From Verrucomicrobiota bacterium (GTDB lineage Bacteria; Verrucomicrobiota; Verrucomicrobiia; Limisphaerales; CANJSG01), in contig JBBQXJ010000016.1 of assembly GCA_038209745.1 (NCBI GenBank), positions 684-64,683 on the forward strand: a stretch of 64,000 nt of DNA. The letters are read 5' to 3'. Under the pieces are notes generated by a model. It was not told the origin of the DNA, did no database searches, and worked only from the letters and a program-made list of their open reading frames with translations. A program made the position numbers and the translations under genes. The number at the start of each line of letters is the position of its first letter. The first letter of the stretch is position 1. Positions 45,727-58,400 of this stretch are shown piece by piece.

Positions 45727-47952
45727 TCAATGGCCAGACGTCGCGACCGCCACCGGCAGGTTCAGCAGACCCACGTAGTCGGCCATGATCCCCACCGCCT
45801 CACGAAGACCGGGATCGTTTGCAGACAGAGCCTCTGCGGCCGGCTCACCGTCTTCATCGGGAGTCGGAGTCGGTTTGACCGCAGCCTCCTTGACCGCAGC
45901 AACCGGTGCCGGCAAGCCCGCTGTTCCCGCGTTTTGAACCGTGATCTCATAGGAGATCGGTTCAATTTCCTTGCGGGCGGCCCGTTCCTTTTTTCGGGCC
46001 GCTTCCCGGGCCTTGTCATTGGCGTTTTCCAGGCGCCGCTCCGCTTCGTTCAAGGAGACGGTTTTGGTGGCGAGGTTCTGCTTCAACTTCGCGATGTCCT
46101 CCCGCAGGTAGGTGAACTCGGGGGAGGAGGAGACGCGGGCACGAGACAGATCCCCGAGCGGGGCCACGAAGCGGCCAACCCGGTCTTCCCGGGTAAATTT
46201 CGAGGTCGGAACACGGTCCCACGGCAACGGGTCTTGCAGCTCGGCTTCGCCCACGCCGGACGCGCCGCTCAAGGAAGGCAGCGCGATGTCGGCTGCGACG
46301 CCCTTCAACTGGGTGGACGAGCCGCTCGGCCGGTAGAACTTCCGGATGGTCACCTTGAGCGCGCCGGGATCGACCGAATGATCCAGCCCGTACCGATCCA
46401 TCAAGCGCTCCAACGGGACGACCGACTGCACCGTGCCTTTGCCGAAGGTCGATTCGTCGCCCACGATCAACGCCCGGCCATAGTCTTGCAGCGCCCCCGC
46501 GAGGATTTCTGACGCCGACGCGCTGAACCGGCTGGTGAGGACGATAAGGGGCCCTTCATAGAGCTCCGCAGGATCGGTGTCGGCCCCGATGTCCGTGTGT
46601 CCGTCCGGCTCCCGTGTCTGCACCACCGGACCCTTGCGGATGAACAGTCCCGTAAGATTGATCGCTTCTTCCAAAGAACCGCCGCCATTGCGCCGGAGGT
46701 CGAGAACAAGGCCCTGGATGTGCTCGGCCTTCAGCTTGACGACCAGTTTCTCGACGTCGGCCGTGGCGCTGCTGACGGAGGTGCTTTCTCGGTCGGCGAA
46801 CCCACCGTAGAAGGAGGGGAGGTCGATGACGCCCATCCGCAGGGCCGGCCCGTTCGTCCGGGGCCAATCGACGATGCGCGCCTTTGCCTGTTGGTCGGCC
46901 AGTTTTACTTCGTCGCGCACGATCGTGATGGTCTTGCGCGCGGATTCATTGCCGGCACCCGCCGGGACGAGCGTCAACGAGACGCGGGTTCCCTTCGGGC
47001 CGCGGATCAGCTTCACCGCGTCGGTCAGGGGCATCTCCACGATGTCGACCGGTTTCTCGTTCTCCTGCCCCACGGCGACGATTCGGTCGCCCGCTTTGAG
47101 CAACCCGCTCCGGGCCGCCGGGCCGCCGGGCACCAGTTCGTATATCTTGCAGTAGCCGTCGTCCGAACGAAGCGTCGCCCCGATGCCGAAAAGGGACAGG
47201 TTCATCGCGATGGAGAAGTCATCCATCTGCGCATGCCCAAAATAGTCCGAATGCGGGTCATACACGTGGGCCAAGGCATTGAGATACACTTCGAGAACGT
47301 CCTCGGAGGTGAACTTTTTCATAGTTTGCAACAGGCGCGTGTATCGGCGCGAAAGGATGGTCACGGTCTCGCCCGGCTGCTTGTCCGCCAGCTTCTCCTG
47401 CAAAAACTCGGCGCGGACCACCTGCCTCCATTGCTCCTGGGCCGCCTGGAGATCCGTCGGACGCCCGACCTTTTCCCGGTCGAATGAATAGGTCTCGTGC
47501 CCCGTGAAATCGAACTTCGCCGTCTGGAGCAGGTTCGTGGCATACGCGACCCGCTGGTCGAGTCGCTCCAGATAGCGCCGGAATATGGCATGGGCGGGCG
47601 CTGTGTTGCCCTCGCGGCGGATCGTTTCCGGGAGGCGGGCACGGAACGAGTCGAACTCCTTCACATCGGACAGGAGAAACAACAGATGGCTCGGATCCAG
47701 CGAATCCAAATAACGGTCGAGGAACTTGGCGGCCAACGCGTCGTCCAGCCGTTGATGGGAAAACTGGGACTGTTCGAGGAGACCAGCGGTGACCCGGGTG
47801 ATGTTCGATTCGGTCGGATCGACCGCGCGCGAACCTTCGGACAGTGCTCCCCCAGCCAACGTGGCCGCCGAGACGAGGCCGACCAGGAATAGGGCGGTCA
47901 GCCCCGTTAGAATCCGTTGCCCGACCCGTTTGACCCTGAAAAAAGTTTGCAT
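45727..47952 (-). CDS. S41 carboxy-terminal processing (tail-specific) protease
   Basis: PDZ region (GYCKIYELVPGGPAARSGLLKAGDRIVAV), DLRRNGGGSLEEA, SRFSASASEILAGAL (Ser), FGKGTVQ (Lys). Long Prc-like N- and C-terminal extensions. Confidence 0.85.
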   Translation of the reverse strand: MQTFFRVKRVGQRILTGLTALFLVGLVSAATLAGGALSEGSRAVDPTESNITRVTAGLLEQSQFSHQRLDDALAAKFLDRYLDSLDPSHLLFLLSDVKEFDSFRARLPETIRREGNTAPAHAIFRRYLERLDQRVAYATNLLQTAKFDFTGHETYSFDREKVGRPTDLQAAQEQWRQVVRAEFLQEKLADKQPGETVTILSRRYTRLLQTMKKFTSEDVLEVYLNALAHVYDPHSDYFGHAQMDDFSIAMNLSLFGIGATLRSDDGYCKIYELVPGGPAARSGLLKAGDRIVAVGQENEKPVDIVEMPLTDAVKLIRGPKGTRVSLTLVPAGAGNESARKTITIVRDEVKLADQQAKARIVDWPRTNGPALRMGVIDLPSFYGGFADRESTSVSSATADVEKLVVKLKAEHIQGLVLDLRRNGGGSLEEAINLTGLFIRKGPVVQTREPDGHTDIGADTDPAELYEGPLIVLTSRFSASASEILAGALQDYGRALIVGDESTFGKGTVQSVVPLERLMDRYGLDHSVDPGALKVTIRKFYRPSGSSTQLKGVAADIALPSLSGASGVGEAELQDPLPWDRVPTSKFTREDRVGRFVAPLGDLSRARVSSSPEFTYLREDIAKLKQNLATKTVSLNEAERRLENANDKAREAARKKERAARKEIEPISYEITVQNAGTAGLPAPVAAVKEAAVKPTPTPDEDGEPAAEALSANDPGLREAVGIMADYVGLLNLPVAVATSGH

Positions 47953-48153
47953 CTTGATCGATTGTTCGCCGGTTGCCACGAAAGGCAGCTTTTCTGATTT
48001 ATCAGAAGAACAGGACTGGATTGCCCTGACCTTTCCAGAAGATTACCAGTTGGCAATGAACCGGGTTCGCTCCGAGGCCGAAACCCTGGGCCCTCCAAGG
48101 TTGTCGCCAAGATATTCCATTGACCGGGTCCGCGCGCCCGCCTACCCAAAGCC

Positions 48154-48906
48154 GTGTTCCATCGCCTCTTCGCCCTTTTCGCCCTGTCGCTGTGGGTCAG
48201 CGGCTGCTCCGGACCAGCCGCCACGGCGGCCAAGCCGATCCACGCCCTGATCATCACCGGCGGTTGCTGCCACAACTATCCGTTCCAGACGACGGCCCTG
48301 ACCAATGCCGTCAACCAGCAGGCCAACGTGGTCTGGACCGTGATCGACGAAGGCGGCGACGGCACTCGCGGCCAGATCGACCTGTATTCGAATCCCGACT
48401 GGGCCAAACCCTACGATGTCATCGTCCACAACGAGTGTTTTGCCGACACGGACGACGCGTCCTACATCCGCGCCATCACTGCCGCGCACAAGGCCGGCAA
48501 GCCCGCCGTCGTGATCCACTGCGCGATGCACACCTATCGCGCCGCCAAGTTCGACGACTGGCGCGAATTCCTCGGCGTCACCAGCCGCTACCACGACCAC
48601 CAGAGCCGTTATCCCGTCACCGTGGCCGCCAAGGACCATCCCATCATGAAGGGCTTTCCCGAGCACTGGACTTCGCCGATGGACGAGCTCTACATCATTG
48701 AAAAGGTCTGGCCCGGCACGACCCCTCTCGCCACGGGGGTGAGCGAAAAGGGCACCGGCGTCCAGCCCGTCATCTGGGTCAACAACTACCACGGCACCCG
48801 CGTCTTCGGCACCACCTTCGGCCATTCGGACGACACCTTTCGCGATCCAGTGTATCTGAACGTCGTGACCCGGGGTCTCCTTTGGGCGGCCGGCCGGCTC
48901 GACTGA
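48154..48906 (+). CDS. ThuA-domain lipoprotein
   Basis: GTG start, lipobox LWVSGC. ThuA pattern ALIITGGCCHNY...YDVIVHNECF...VVIHCAMHTYR...HPIMKGFP...DELY. Confidence 0.8.
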   Translation: MFHRLFALFALSLWVSGCSGPAATAAKPIHALIITGGCCHNYPFQTTALTNAVNQQANVVWTVIDEGGDGTRGQIDLYSNPDWAKPYDVIVHNECFADTDDASYIRAITAAHKAGKPAVVIHCAMHTYRAAKFDDWREFLGVTSRYHDHQSRYPVTVAAKDHPIMKGFPEHWTSPMDELYIIEKVWPGTTPLATGVSEKGTGVQPVIWVNNYHGTRVFGTTFGHSDDTFRDPVYLNVVTRGLLWAAGRLD

Positions 48907-48961
48907 GCTCTTGCGCCCCAAAATCTATCTCAATCGCTGAATCCAGCCAGCCCCATCCGAC

Positions 48962-50206
48962 ATGAAGCCTCTCAAGATACTCATCGCCCTCGGAGCTTTG
49001 CTCGCCCTGACCCCGCGTCCAACCCAAGCCGCTGACTGGCCCCAGTGGCGGGGACCCCACCGTGACGACGTTTCGACCGAGACCGGCCTCCTCAAGGAAT
49101 GGCCCGCCGACGGTCCGAAACGCATTTGGATGTTCGAGAACGCGGGCAACGGCTATTCCGGACCCGCGATCGTCGGCGACCGTTTCTACACCCTCGGCAC
49201 CCGCGATGGTTCGGAAATCCTCCTCTGCCTCAACGCGGCCACCGGCAAGGAGGTCTGGACATCCAAGCTCGCGGACATCCTCAAAAACAACTGGGGCGAC
49301 GGCCCCCGCGGCACGCCCGCCGTCGACGGTGACAGGGTCTTCGCCATGAGCGGCGAGGGCGTCCTGACCTGCGCCAACACCAAGGACGGTTCAGTCGTCT
49401 GGCAGAAAAAGATGGGTGACCTCGGAGGCAAGATCCCGGGATGGGGCTATACCGAATCTCCGCTGGTCGACGGCGACTTGGTGATCTGCACGCCGGGCGG
49501 CGACAAAGGAACGGTCGCCGCATTGGACAAGAAGACCGGCAACGTCAAGTGGCAGACCGCCGAATTCACCGATGGAGCCCACTATTCGTCTGTCGTTCCC
49601 GCCCAGATCAACGGCACTCCCCAATACGTCCAACGCACCGAAAAGAGCATCGTCGGCATCCGCGCGACGGATGGCCACATTCTATGGAAGTCTGACTTTC
49701 CAGGTCGAACCGCAGTTATTCCCACACCGATCGTCCAGGGCAACCACGTCTACGTGGCCGCCGGCTACGGAGCCGGTTGCAAGATGATCAAAGTGAACGC
49801 GGACAACACCGTCGAGACCGTCTACGAGAACAAGGTGATGAAGAACCACCACGGCGGCGTCATCCTGATCGGCGGAAACCTTTACGGGCATTCCGAAGGA
49901 CCGGGCTGGGTCTGTCAGGATTTCATGACCGGCAAAGAGGTCTGGGCCGAGAGGAGCGCCCTCGGCAAAGGCGCGATCGGTAGCGCCGATGGAATGCTCT
50001 ATTGCTTGGACGAGGGCAGCGGGACCGTCGTCTTGGTCGATGCCTCGCCTGCCGGCTGGAAGGAACACGGCCGATTCAAGCTGGATCCCCAGAGCAAGAT
50101 CCGCAGTTCGAGCGGGCGCGTCTGGACCCATCCCGTCGTCAGTCACGGCCTGCTCTACCTCCGCGATCAGGACCTCATCTATTGCTTCGACGTGAAGAAG
50201 CCGTGA
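48962..50206 (+). CDS. secreted PQQ-like beta-propeller repeat protein
   Basis: Signal peptide followed by ADWPQWRGPHRD. Repeated G-x-V-W / DG-x-W blade motifs. Confidence 0.75.
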   Translation: MKPLKILIALGALLALTPRPTQAADWPQWRGPHRDDVSTETGLLKEWPADGPKRIWMFENAGNGYSGPAIVGDRFYTLGTRDGSEILLCLNAATGKEVWTSKLADILKNNWGDGPRGTPAVDGDRVFAMSGEGVLTCANTKDGSVVWQKKMGDLGGKIPGWGYTESPLVDGDLVICTPGGDKGTVAALDKKTGNVKWQTAEFTDGAHYSSVVPAQINGTPQYVQRTEKSIVGIRATDGHILWKSDFPGRTAVIPTPIVQGNHVYVAAGYGAGCKMIKVNADNTVETVYENKVMKNHHGGVILIGGNLYGHSEGPGWVCQDFMTGKEVWAERSALGKGAIGSADGMLYCLDEGSGTVVLVDASPAGWKEHGRFKLDPQSKIRSSSGRVWTHPVVSHGLLYLRDQDLIYCFDVKKP

Positions 50207-50311
50207 AGTCACGAGGCCCGTTGACGCAGGAAATTGGTCCTCTTTTTTCGTGGCCCATCCGCTCCGGGGGTCGCTATCACTGTCCGCTGTCGTCCGAAAA
50301 CCACCTGCGCC

Positions 50312-50905
50312 ATGGGGCATTCCTACATTGAATCGCTGGCACTGTTCGGCCGGGAACTCATCAAGAACCCCGGACCGATCGGTGCGGCAGTCCCCAGTTC
50401 CCCCGCTTTGGCGAGGGGGATGGCCCGCATGGTCCACGGCGCGGCGGACGGCTACGTGGTCGAACTTGGCGCGGGCACCGGAGCGATCACCGAGGGATTG
50501 ATCCGCGAGGGGGTCTGCCCGGAGCGGCTGATGGCGGTCGAGTATTCCCCGGAGATGGCGAAACTCCTGCGGCGACGATTCCCCCGGGTCACCGTGCTCC
50601 AGGGCGATGCCTGCAACCTAAACCATCTGCTGCGGCAGTCCTTCGGACAGCGCGAGACCCCGCCGATCGCCGCCGTGGTCTCCAGCCTCCCGCTTCGCTC
50701 GTTGCCGAAACGGAAAGTCGCCCGCCTCTTCCTCGAAGTCCGGCGTCTGCTGGCAAATGGCGGCCACTTCATCCAGTTCACCTACGCAGTCCACCGGTCG
50801 ACCCGCTTCCCGCAGTGTTTCAAGCTCATTGACTCATCCATCGTCTGGGCCAACCTCCCTCCGGCCCGGGTCGAGAGCTACGAGGTCCAGGCACCCGTCC
50901 GTTGA
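50312..50905 (+). CDS. class I SAM-dependent methyltransferase
   Basis: Motif I VVELGAGTGAITEGL and post-I MAVEY. Overall resembles PmtA/small rRNA-adenine-methylase-like proteins. Start at MGHSY. Confidence 0.7.
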   Translation: MGHSYIESLALFGRELIKNPGPIGAAVPSSPALARGMARMVHGAADGYVVELGAGTGAITEGLIREGVCPERLMAVEYSPEMAKLLRRRFPRVTVLQGDACNLNHLLRQSFGQRETPPIAAVVSSLPLRSLPKRKVARLFLEVRRLLANGGHFIQFTYAVHRSTRFPQCFKLIDSSIVWANLPPARVESYEVQAPVR

Positions 50906-50966
50906 GTTCACTTCCGCAGCGTTGGATTCGTTGAATTCTCCCAAGCGGATCCTCCATTCTCCGGCC

Positions 50967-51725
50967 ATGCCCGAATCCACGGCGGGGACCAGATCGCCCG
51001 GCACCAGGCCCGTTTCCGGACCGTCCGTCTTCGTCACCACCCGATGGACCGTCGTGCTCTCGGCCCAGGGCAACACGACTCCGGCCGGCCGCGCCGCCAT
51101 GGAGACCCTCTGCCGCACCTACTGGCAACCCATCTACGCCTACCTTCGGCGCCACGGCCATTCTCCCCACGACTCCGAGGACCTTGCCCAGGGATTCTTC
51201 GCCCAGTTGCTCCGGCTAGAAGCCGTCGCCACCGTCCATCCGGACAAGGGCCGCTTCCGCTCCTTCCTCCTCGGGTCTCTCGGGCATTACCTGGCCGACG
51301 AACGGGACCGGACGATGGCGCAGAAGCGCGGCGCAGGTCGGGTCTTCGTCATGGACACCGCGACCGCCGAATCGATCCACGCCACCTGTCCGGAACTGAC
51401 GCCGGAGCGGGCTTTCGACCGCCAATGGGCTCTCACCCTGCTCGACCAGGTCCACGAGCGACTTCGCCAAGAACAGGTCTCGACGGGCAAGGCCGCACAG
51501 TTTGAAGCCCTCCGCTTCGGCCTCGCCGGCAACCGCAGCGAGGTGCCCTACCGCGATCTCGCCGTCCAGCTCGGGATGAGCGAAGGCGCGGTCAAAGTCG
51601 CGGTCCACCGCCTTCGCCAACGCTACCGCGAAGTCCTCCGTGAGGCCGTGGCCGACACCGTCGCGGCCGGAGCGGATGTAGAGCAGGAGTTGCGGCATCT
51701 GCTCGAGGCGTTGGTCGGCAACTAA
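50967..51725 (+). CDS. ECF-type RNA polymerase sigma factor (STK-associated type)
   Basis: N-terminal TTRWTVVL motif. Sigma-2 (LCRTYWQPIYAYLRRHGHSPHDSEDLAQGFF) and sigma-4 HTH (VPYRDLAVQLGMSEGAVKVAVHRLRQR). No adjacent anti-sigma gene; a Ser/Thr kinase lies downstream. Confidence 0.8.
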   Translation: MPESTAGTRSPGTRPVSGPSVFVTTRWTVVLSAQGNTTPAGRAAMETLCRTYWQPIYAYLRRHGHSPHDSEDLAQGFFAQLLRLEAVATVHPDKGRFRSFLLGSLGHYLADERDRTMAQKRGAGRVFVMDTATAESIHATCPELTPERAFDRQWALTLLDQVHERLRQEQVSTGKAAQFEALRFGLAGNRSEVPYRDLAVQLGMSEGAVKVAVHRLRQRYREVLREAVADTVAAGADVEQELRHLLEALVGN

Positions 51726-51927
51726 TCTCTGAAAGGATCCCGCCCAGCGGAGGTCGCGAGTGGAGAAATTTCCCTGATGCCCCCATTTTAGGCCGCTTGC
51801 TTGAGACAAGCTGCGAGCCGTATTCCCAAATAGGAATCGATTCAGCCCATGCCACATCGTGTCGCTCCTGGAGAAGTCACGACGGCTGCGAGGAAGAATC
51901 GATCGGACGACAACCCGGACCCACACT

Positions 51928-52782
51928 ATGATCAAATCAACCATCGCCGCCGCCATCGCCGCCATCTTGACGGCCGCCGCGGCCCAGGCGCAGACCACGT
52001 CATTCAACAGCGGAAGCCTCGGGGCGGCCGGCAATGCGATCAACGGCGCCGGTGTGACGCTGGATCTCCCCGGCGCTCTCGGCGTGGCGGGCGACAAGGC
52101 CGTCGGCTACTCCGGCGGAGCCAACACCACCCTGTCCTACAACGCCGCCCTGAATCCGTCCGTCTCGAGCCCGTTCACGGTCGAATTCTGGGCCAAACCG
52201 TCGATCGATCCAGGGGATGCCACCGGGCCGTCCCCAGTTTTCAACCGGGTCTCCAGCGGCAACCGCTCCGGCTGGGTTTTCTTCCAGCGTTCCGCCACCA
52301 CGGGCTGGAACTTCAACATGTACAACGGGACTGGCAGCACAGTGGGTTTCAGCCTGACGGGCGGAGCCTACACCGTCGGAAGCTGGACCCAGGTGGTCGC
52401 CGTCTGGAACGGCACCAGCCCGAAACTCTATGTCAACGGCGCCCTCGCGACCTCCACATCCTCCGGGCCGGGTGGCTACAACCCCAGCTCCACGGCTACC
52501 CTGTCTTTGGGCGCCTACGACACCGGATCCAACCCGTTCAACGGCTCCTTGGATGAATTCGCCTTCTACGGTTCGGCACTGACGCCCGTCCAGATCGCGG
52601 CGCATTTCACCACGGCATCCAGCGTGACTCCGGGGGCCTACAGCTCCCTCGTTCTGGGTGACGGAGCGGTGGAATACCTTCCGAACACCACCCCGGTGCC
52701 CGAGCCCGCCACCGTCTCCTTGATCGCCGTCGGACTGGTTGGCGCCGGCCTGCTCCAACGCCGACGCGCGGCCCGCCGCTGA
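51928..52782 (+). CDS. LamG/concanavalin-A-like lectin domain protein with PEP-CTERM anchor
   Basis: Signal peptide. LamG-type blocks (FTVEFWAKP, WTQVVAVWNGT...LYVNG, GSLDEFAFYGSALT). C-terminal VPEPATVSLIAVGLVGAGLLQRRRAARR is a PEP-CTERM sorting signal. Confidence 0.75.
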   Translation: MIKSTIAAAIAAILTAAAAQAQTTSFNSGSLGAAGNAINGAGVTLDLPGALGVAGDKAVGYSGGANTTLSYNAALNPSVSSPFTVEFWAKPSIDPGDATGPSPVFNRVSSGNRSGWVFFQRSATTGWNFNMYNGTGSTVGFSLTGGAYTVGSWTQVVAVWNGTSPKLYVNGALATSTSSGPGGYNPSSTATLSLGAYDTGSNPFNGSLDEFAFYGSALTPVQIAAHFTTASSVTPGAYSSLVLGDGAVEYLPNTTPVPEPATVSLIAVGLVGAGLLQRRRAARR

Positions 52783-52812
52783 GAACCGCTTCAACGCATC
52801 CGCGTTTCCATG

Positions 52813-52847
52813 GCCCCCGCCGGATTCTTCGGCGGGGGCTTTTTTTT
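52813..52847 (+). terminator. rho-independent terminator
   Basis: Perfect 10-bp GC stem GCCCCCGCCG / CGGCGGGGGC, a 7-nt loop, then T8. It begins 31 nt after the LamG gene stop. Confidence 0.75.
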
Positions 52848-52948
52848 ACCGCCCCTGACACGCTCGGACTGGTCTCTCTATTTCCCTCTCGGCAACGTTC
52901 CCTTGTAACCTTCCTCCGGCGTTTCCTGTGTATGGGGTGAACAATACT

Positions 52949-53196
52949 ATGAATACACTGCTTGCTTGGATCGGCGTTCCGGAAGTCTTCCTCATCATGG
53001 GCGCGGCCGGCGTCGCGTTGCTGCTCACAGTCCTCTGGATCTGGATGCTGGTGAACTGCATCCAACGCCTCGTGGGCGGAGACAAGGGGATGATCGCCTG
53101 GCTGGTGGTGCTCCTGTTGACCCATGCCATCGGGGCCGCGATCTACGGACTGGCGGCCTATCGGCGCATTCCGTCGAACAATCCATCGTCCAATCC

Positions 53197-53200
<4 letters not shown>
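52949..53200 (+). CDS. small membrane protein with PLDc_N-like two-TM domain (83 aa)
   Basis: VLWIWMLVNC...W(L)VVLLL...IGAAIYGL pattern. Its stop overlaps the kinase ATG (ATGA, 53197-53200). Paralogous to the kinase N-terminus. Confidence 0.6.
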
Positions 53201-55827
<2,627 letters not shown>

Positions 55828-55830
55828 CTC

Positions 55831-56304
55831 CTACTCCTCCAAAATGTAGACGTAGCCTCCGGCGCGCGCCCGGAAGTAGCCGGTGCTCAGGTCGCCATCG
55901 TCGATCATTTCGTCGATCATCAGGAACTGTTCATCGGTCGCCGTGGGCTGATACACGCCGATGCCGGCCTTGTAGCCTTGGATGTTCTTGTCCCAGTTCC
56001 ACTTTCCGCCCAACGGGGTCGCTTCTGTCCACCCCATACCCTGGAGATACTCGTCCATGCCCAGCGGGATGACGCCCGGCTGAGAATTCGCGGGGTAGCC
56101 GCGGTGCTCCCAAGCATACATCTCGAAGCCTTCGGACGCTTTCTTGATGCTGGTCGCAAAAATCAAATTCCGCGCCCGGACCTGCGCCCGGAAGAAGTTC
56201 GGGAGCGCGATGCTCGCCAGCATGGCGATCACCATGACGACAATCATGATCTCCGTGAGGGTGAACCCGGCTGTTCGGCGGCGGGATGACAGGCGCATTT
56301 TCAT
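55831..56304 (-). CDS. prepilin-type N-terminal cleavage/methylation domain protein (pseudopilin)
   Basis: GFTLTEIMIVVMVIAMLASIALPNF is the classic type IV pilin / T2SS pseudopilin leader plus hydrophobic helix. Start at MKMRLSS. Confidence 0.8.
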   Translation of the reverse strand: MKMRLSSRRRTAGFTLTEIMIVVMVIAMLASIALPNFFRAQVRARNLIFATSIKKASEGFEMYAWEHRGYPANSQPGVIPLGMDEYLQGMGWTEATPLGGKWNWDKNIQGYKAGIGVYQPTATDEQFLMIDEMIDDGDLSTGYFRARAGGYVYILEE

Positions 56305-56626
56305 TTCTATCTTTCCTAAATGCTGCGGAGCGAGGGCCACCCGCGCTGTCCATCAGCCCGGCTCCTTCTCAATTCCGCTACTTCCTCCACCAAGCAGGAT
56401 GGCGGCCAGCCTCATTCGACCCACCAGACGGCGGTAATCCAGCCCGGAGTCCGCCAGCGCGCCTCTGAACAGGCCGCCAACTGGCTGGAAAAGTGCGGAT
56501 TGGCATTTCCTTCGACCCCACCCCGACGCGGACTCCGACTTGTGGCTGCAAACTCCGAGGTTTCACACCCCGCACTAGGTAAAAACCCCATGGTCAAATG
56601 GAGCTCGGGGGTTGAAAGTTAAGTTT

Positions 56627-57652
56627 ATGACATTCGTCGCCACCGTCCCAAGCTCTCCTCAACATTCATCCGTGACGGGCAGGGCAAGGATCCTCCCAGG
56701 TTTGGTTTTGGCCGTGGCCTTCTTTGTCCCAGTCTGGGAAGTGTTCGCGGCCGGGCCTGCGCCGGTGAACCTCGGATCGGCCGCCCATTTCACCGTGCTG
56801 GCCGGCGCGGCGGTCACCACCACTGGCGGGGGTGTCATCAACGGTGACGTCGGGGCCAGTCCGATCACCGGAGCCGCCATCCACCTGACCCAAGCCCAGG
56901 TGAACGGGACCATCTATGCGGTCGATGCCGCCGGTCCGGCCGGTTCGGTGATCGATGCCGCGTTGTTGTTGGCGGCCAAAGGGGACTTGACCACGGCTTT
57001 CAACGACGCCGCCGGACGAACGCCCGTTCCTTCGGGACCGTTCTTGAATCCGGGAGCCGGAAACATCGGCGGGATGAATTTGGTTCCGGGTCTCTACAAG
57101 TTCACCGGCACGGCGCTGGTCACGGGAGCGGACGTCACCCTCACGGGAGGACCCGATGATGTCTGGATCTTCCAGATCGAGGCCGATCTCCAAGTGGGCA
57201 GCATGGTCCACGTCATTCTGGCCGGGGGCGCCCAGGCCAGGAACATTTTCTGGCAGGTCGGTACGTCGGCGACGATCGACACGTTCGCAGTGTTCAAAGG
57301 AACGATTTTGTCGGATCAAGCGATCGTGATGAAAACCACCAGCACAATGGACGGACGGGCGCTGGCCTTCACCGCCGGGGTCACTTTCAACGGCAATGTG
57401 GGCGAGCTTCCCATGCCGAAAGCCCCCAAGTTCACCTCCATCTCGCGTACAAACTCGAGTTCCACGACGGTCGTCCTCGACACGACGCCTTTCTTTCTGG
57501 TGACGCTCCAGGCCAGTCCGAACTTGTCCCCCGCGAGCTGGTCGACCCTCGCCACCAACTTTCCGGCCACCACCCCCTGGACGTTCACGGACGACACCGC
57601 GACGGCGACTGTCACCCAACGGTTTTATCGGGCGTTCGTGACTCCGTATTGA
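56627..57652 (+). CDS. DUF3494 (ice-binding-like) family secreted protein with C-terminal beta-sandwich domain
   Basis: LGSAAHFTVLAGAAVTTTGGGVINGDVGASP...LVPGLYKF...NIFWQVG...GRALA is the DUF3494 right-handed beta-helix signature. The C-terminus ends ...QRFYRAFVTPY. An alternative TTG start is at 56612. Confidence 0.8.
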   Translation: MTFVATVPSSPQHSSVTGRARILPGLVLAVAFFVPVWEVFAAGPAPVNLGSAAHFTVLAGAAVTTTGGGVINGDVGASPITGAAIHLTQAQVNGTIYAVDAAGPAGSVIDAALLLAAKGDLTTAFNDAAGRTPVPSGPFLNPGAGNIGGMNLVPGLYKFTGTALVTGADVTLTGGPDDVWIFQIEADLQVGSMVHVILAGGAQARNIFWQVGTSATIDTFAVFKGTILSDQAIVMKTTSTMDGRALAFTAGVTFNGNVGELPMPKAPKFTSISRTNSSSTTVVLDTTPFFLVTLQASPNLSPASWSTLATNFPATTPWTFTDDTATATVTQRFYRAFVTPY

Positions 57653-57731
57653 CGGGCGCGCCGCTCCCCACGTGGATGGGAGATTCCCTGCCCTTGGCCG
57701 ACGGCGGGTCCTTGCAGTAGGGTGCCGCCAC

Positions 57732-58400
57732 ATGCGCGTTCTCGTTCTCGAAGATGACTCCAAGATCGCCTCGTTCATCGTCAACGGATTGAAGCAGGCT
57801 GGATTCGCGGTGGACCATTGCGCCGACGGAGTCGAGGGCTTGGCCATGGCGCGTTCCGTCTCCTACGACGTGGCCGTTCTCGATCTCATGCTCCCGAAGC
57901 TCGACGGACTGTCGCTCCTCAAGCGTCTCCGTGCGGATGGCAGCAAGCTTCCCGTCCTCATCCTCAGCGCCAAAGCGTCGGTGGACGACCGCGTGGCCGG
58001 GCTCCAAGCCGGTGGCGACGACTACCTGACCAAGCCCTTCGCCTTCTCCGAGCTGCTGGCCCGGCTCCAAGCCTTGATCCGCCGCTCCTCCCGGGCCCCG
58101 GAACAGACCCGCTTGGCCGCCGGCGACATCACGCTGGATCTGCTCCAACGGGAGGTCCGACGCGGCGGCGAGAAGATCGAGCTGCAGCCCCGGGAATTCG
58201 CCCTCTTGGAATACCTGCTCCGCCATGCCGGCCGGGTCGTGACCAAGACGATGATACTGGAGCATGTCTACGACTACAGCTTCGATCCGCAGACCAACGT
58301 GGTCGACGTGCTCGTCCATCGACTCCGGGCCAAGCTCGGCAAGGAGAACAACCCCATCCAGACCCTGCGGGGCGTCGGCTATGTCCTCAAATCCGCTTGA
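57732..58400 (+). CDS. OmpR-family response regulator (CusR/CopR-like)
   Basis: [23 protein letters not shown]. Winged-helix region [31 protein letters not shown]...[13 protein letters not shown]...[11 protein letters not shown]. Confidence 0.9.
   Translation: MRVLVLEDDSKIASFIVNGLKQAGFAVDHCADGVEGLAMARSVSYDVAVLDLMLPKLDGLSLLKRLRADGSKLPVLILSAKASVDDRVAGLQAGGDDYLTKPFAFSELLARLQALIRRSSRAPEQTRLAAGDITLDLLQREVRRGGEKIELQPREFALLEYLLRHAGRVVTKTMILEHVYDYSFDPQTNVVDVLVHRLRAKLGKENNPIQTLRGVGYVLKSA

Noticed and set aside
51820-51870. ECF-type promoter (GGAAT ... CGT) upstream of the LamG gene.
   Set aside because: The spacing and the -10 element are ambiguous, and the target motif of this ECF group is not known to me.
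56482-56496. Sigma-54 promoter upstream of the DUF3494 gene (TGGC-N9-TGC spacing is correct).
   Set aside because: It is only a partial match to TGGCACG-N4-TTGC (the -12 element is GTGC). This is a single occurrence and cannot be separated from chance by eye, so it is kept only as a note in the related finding.
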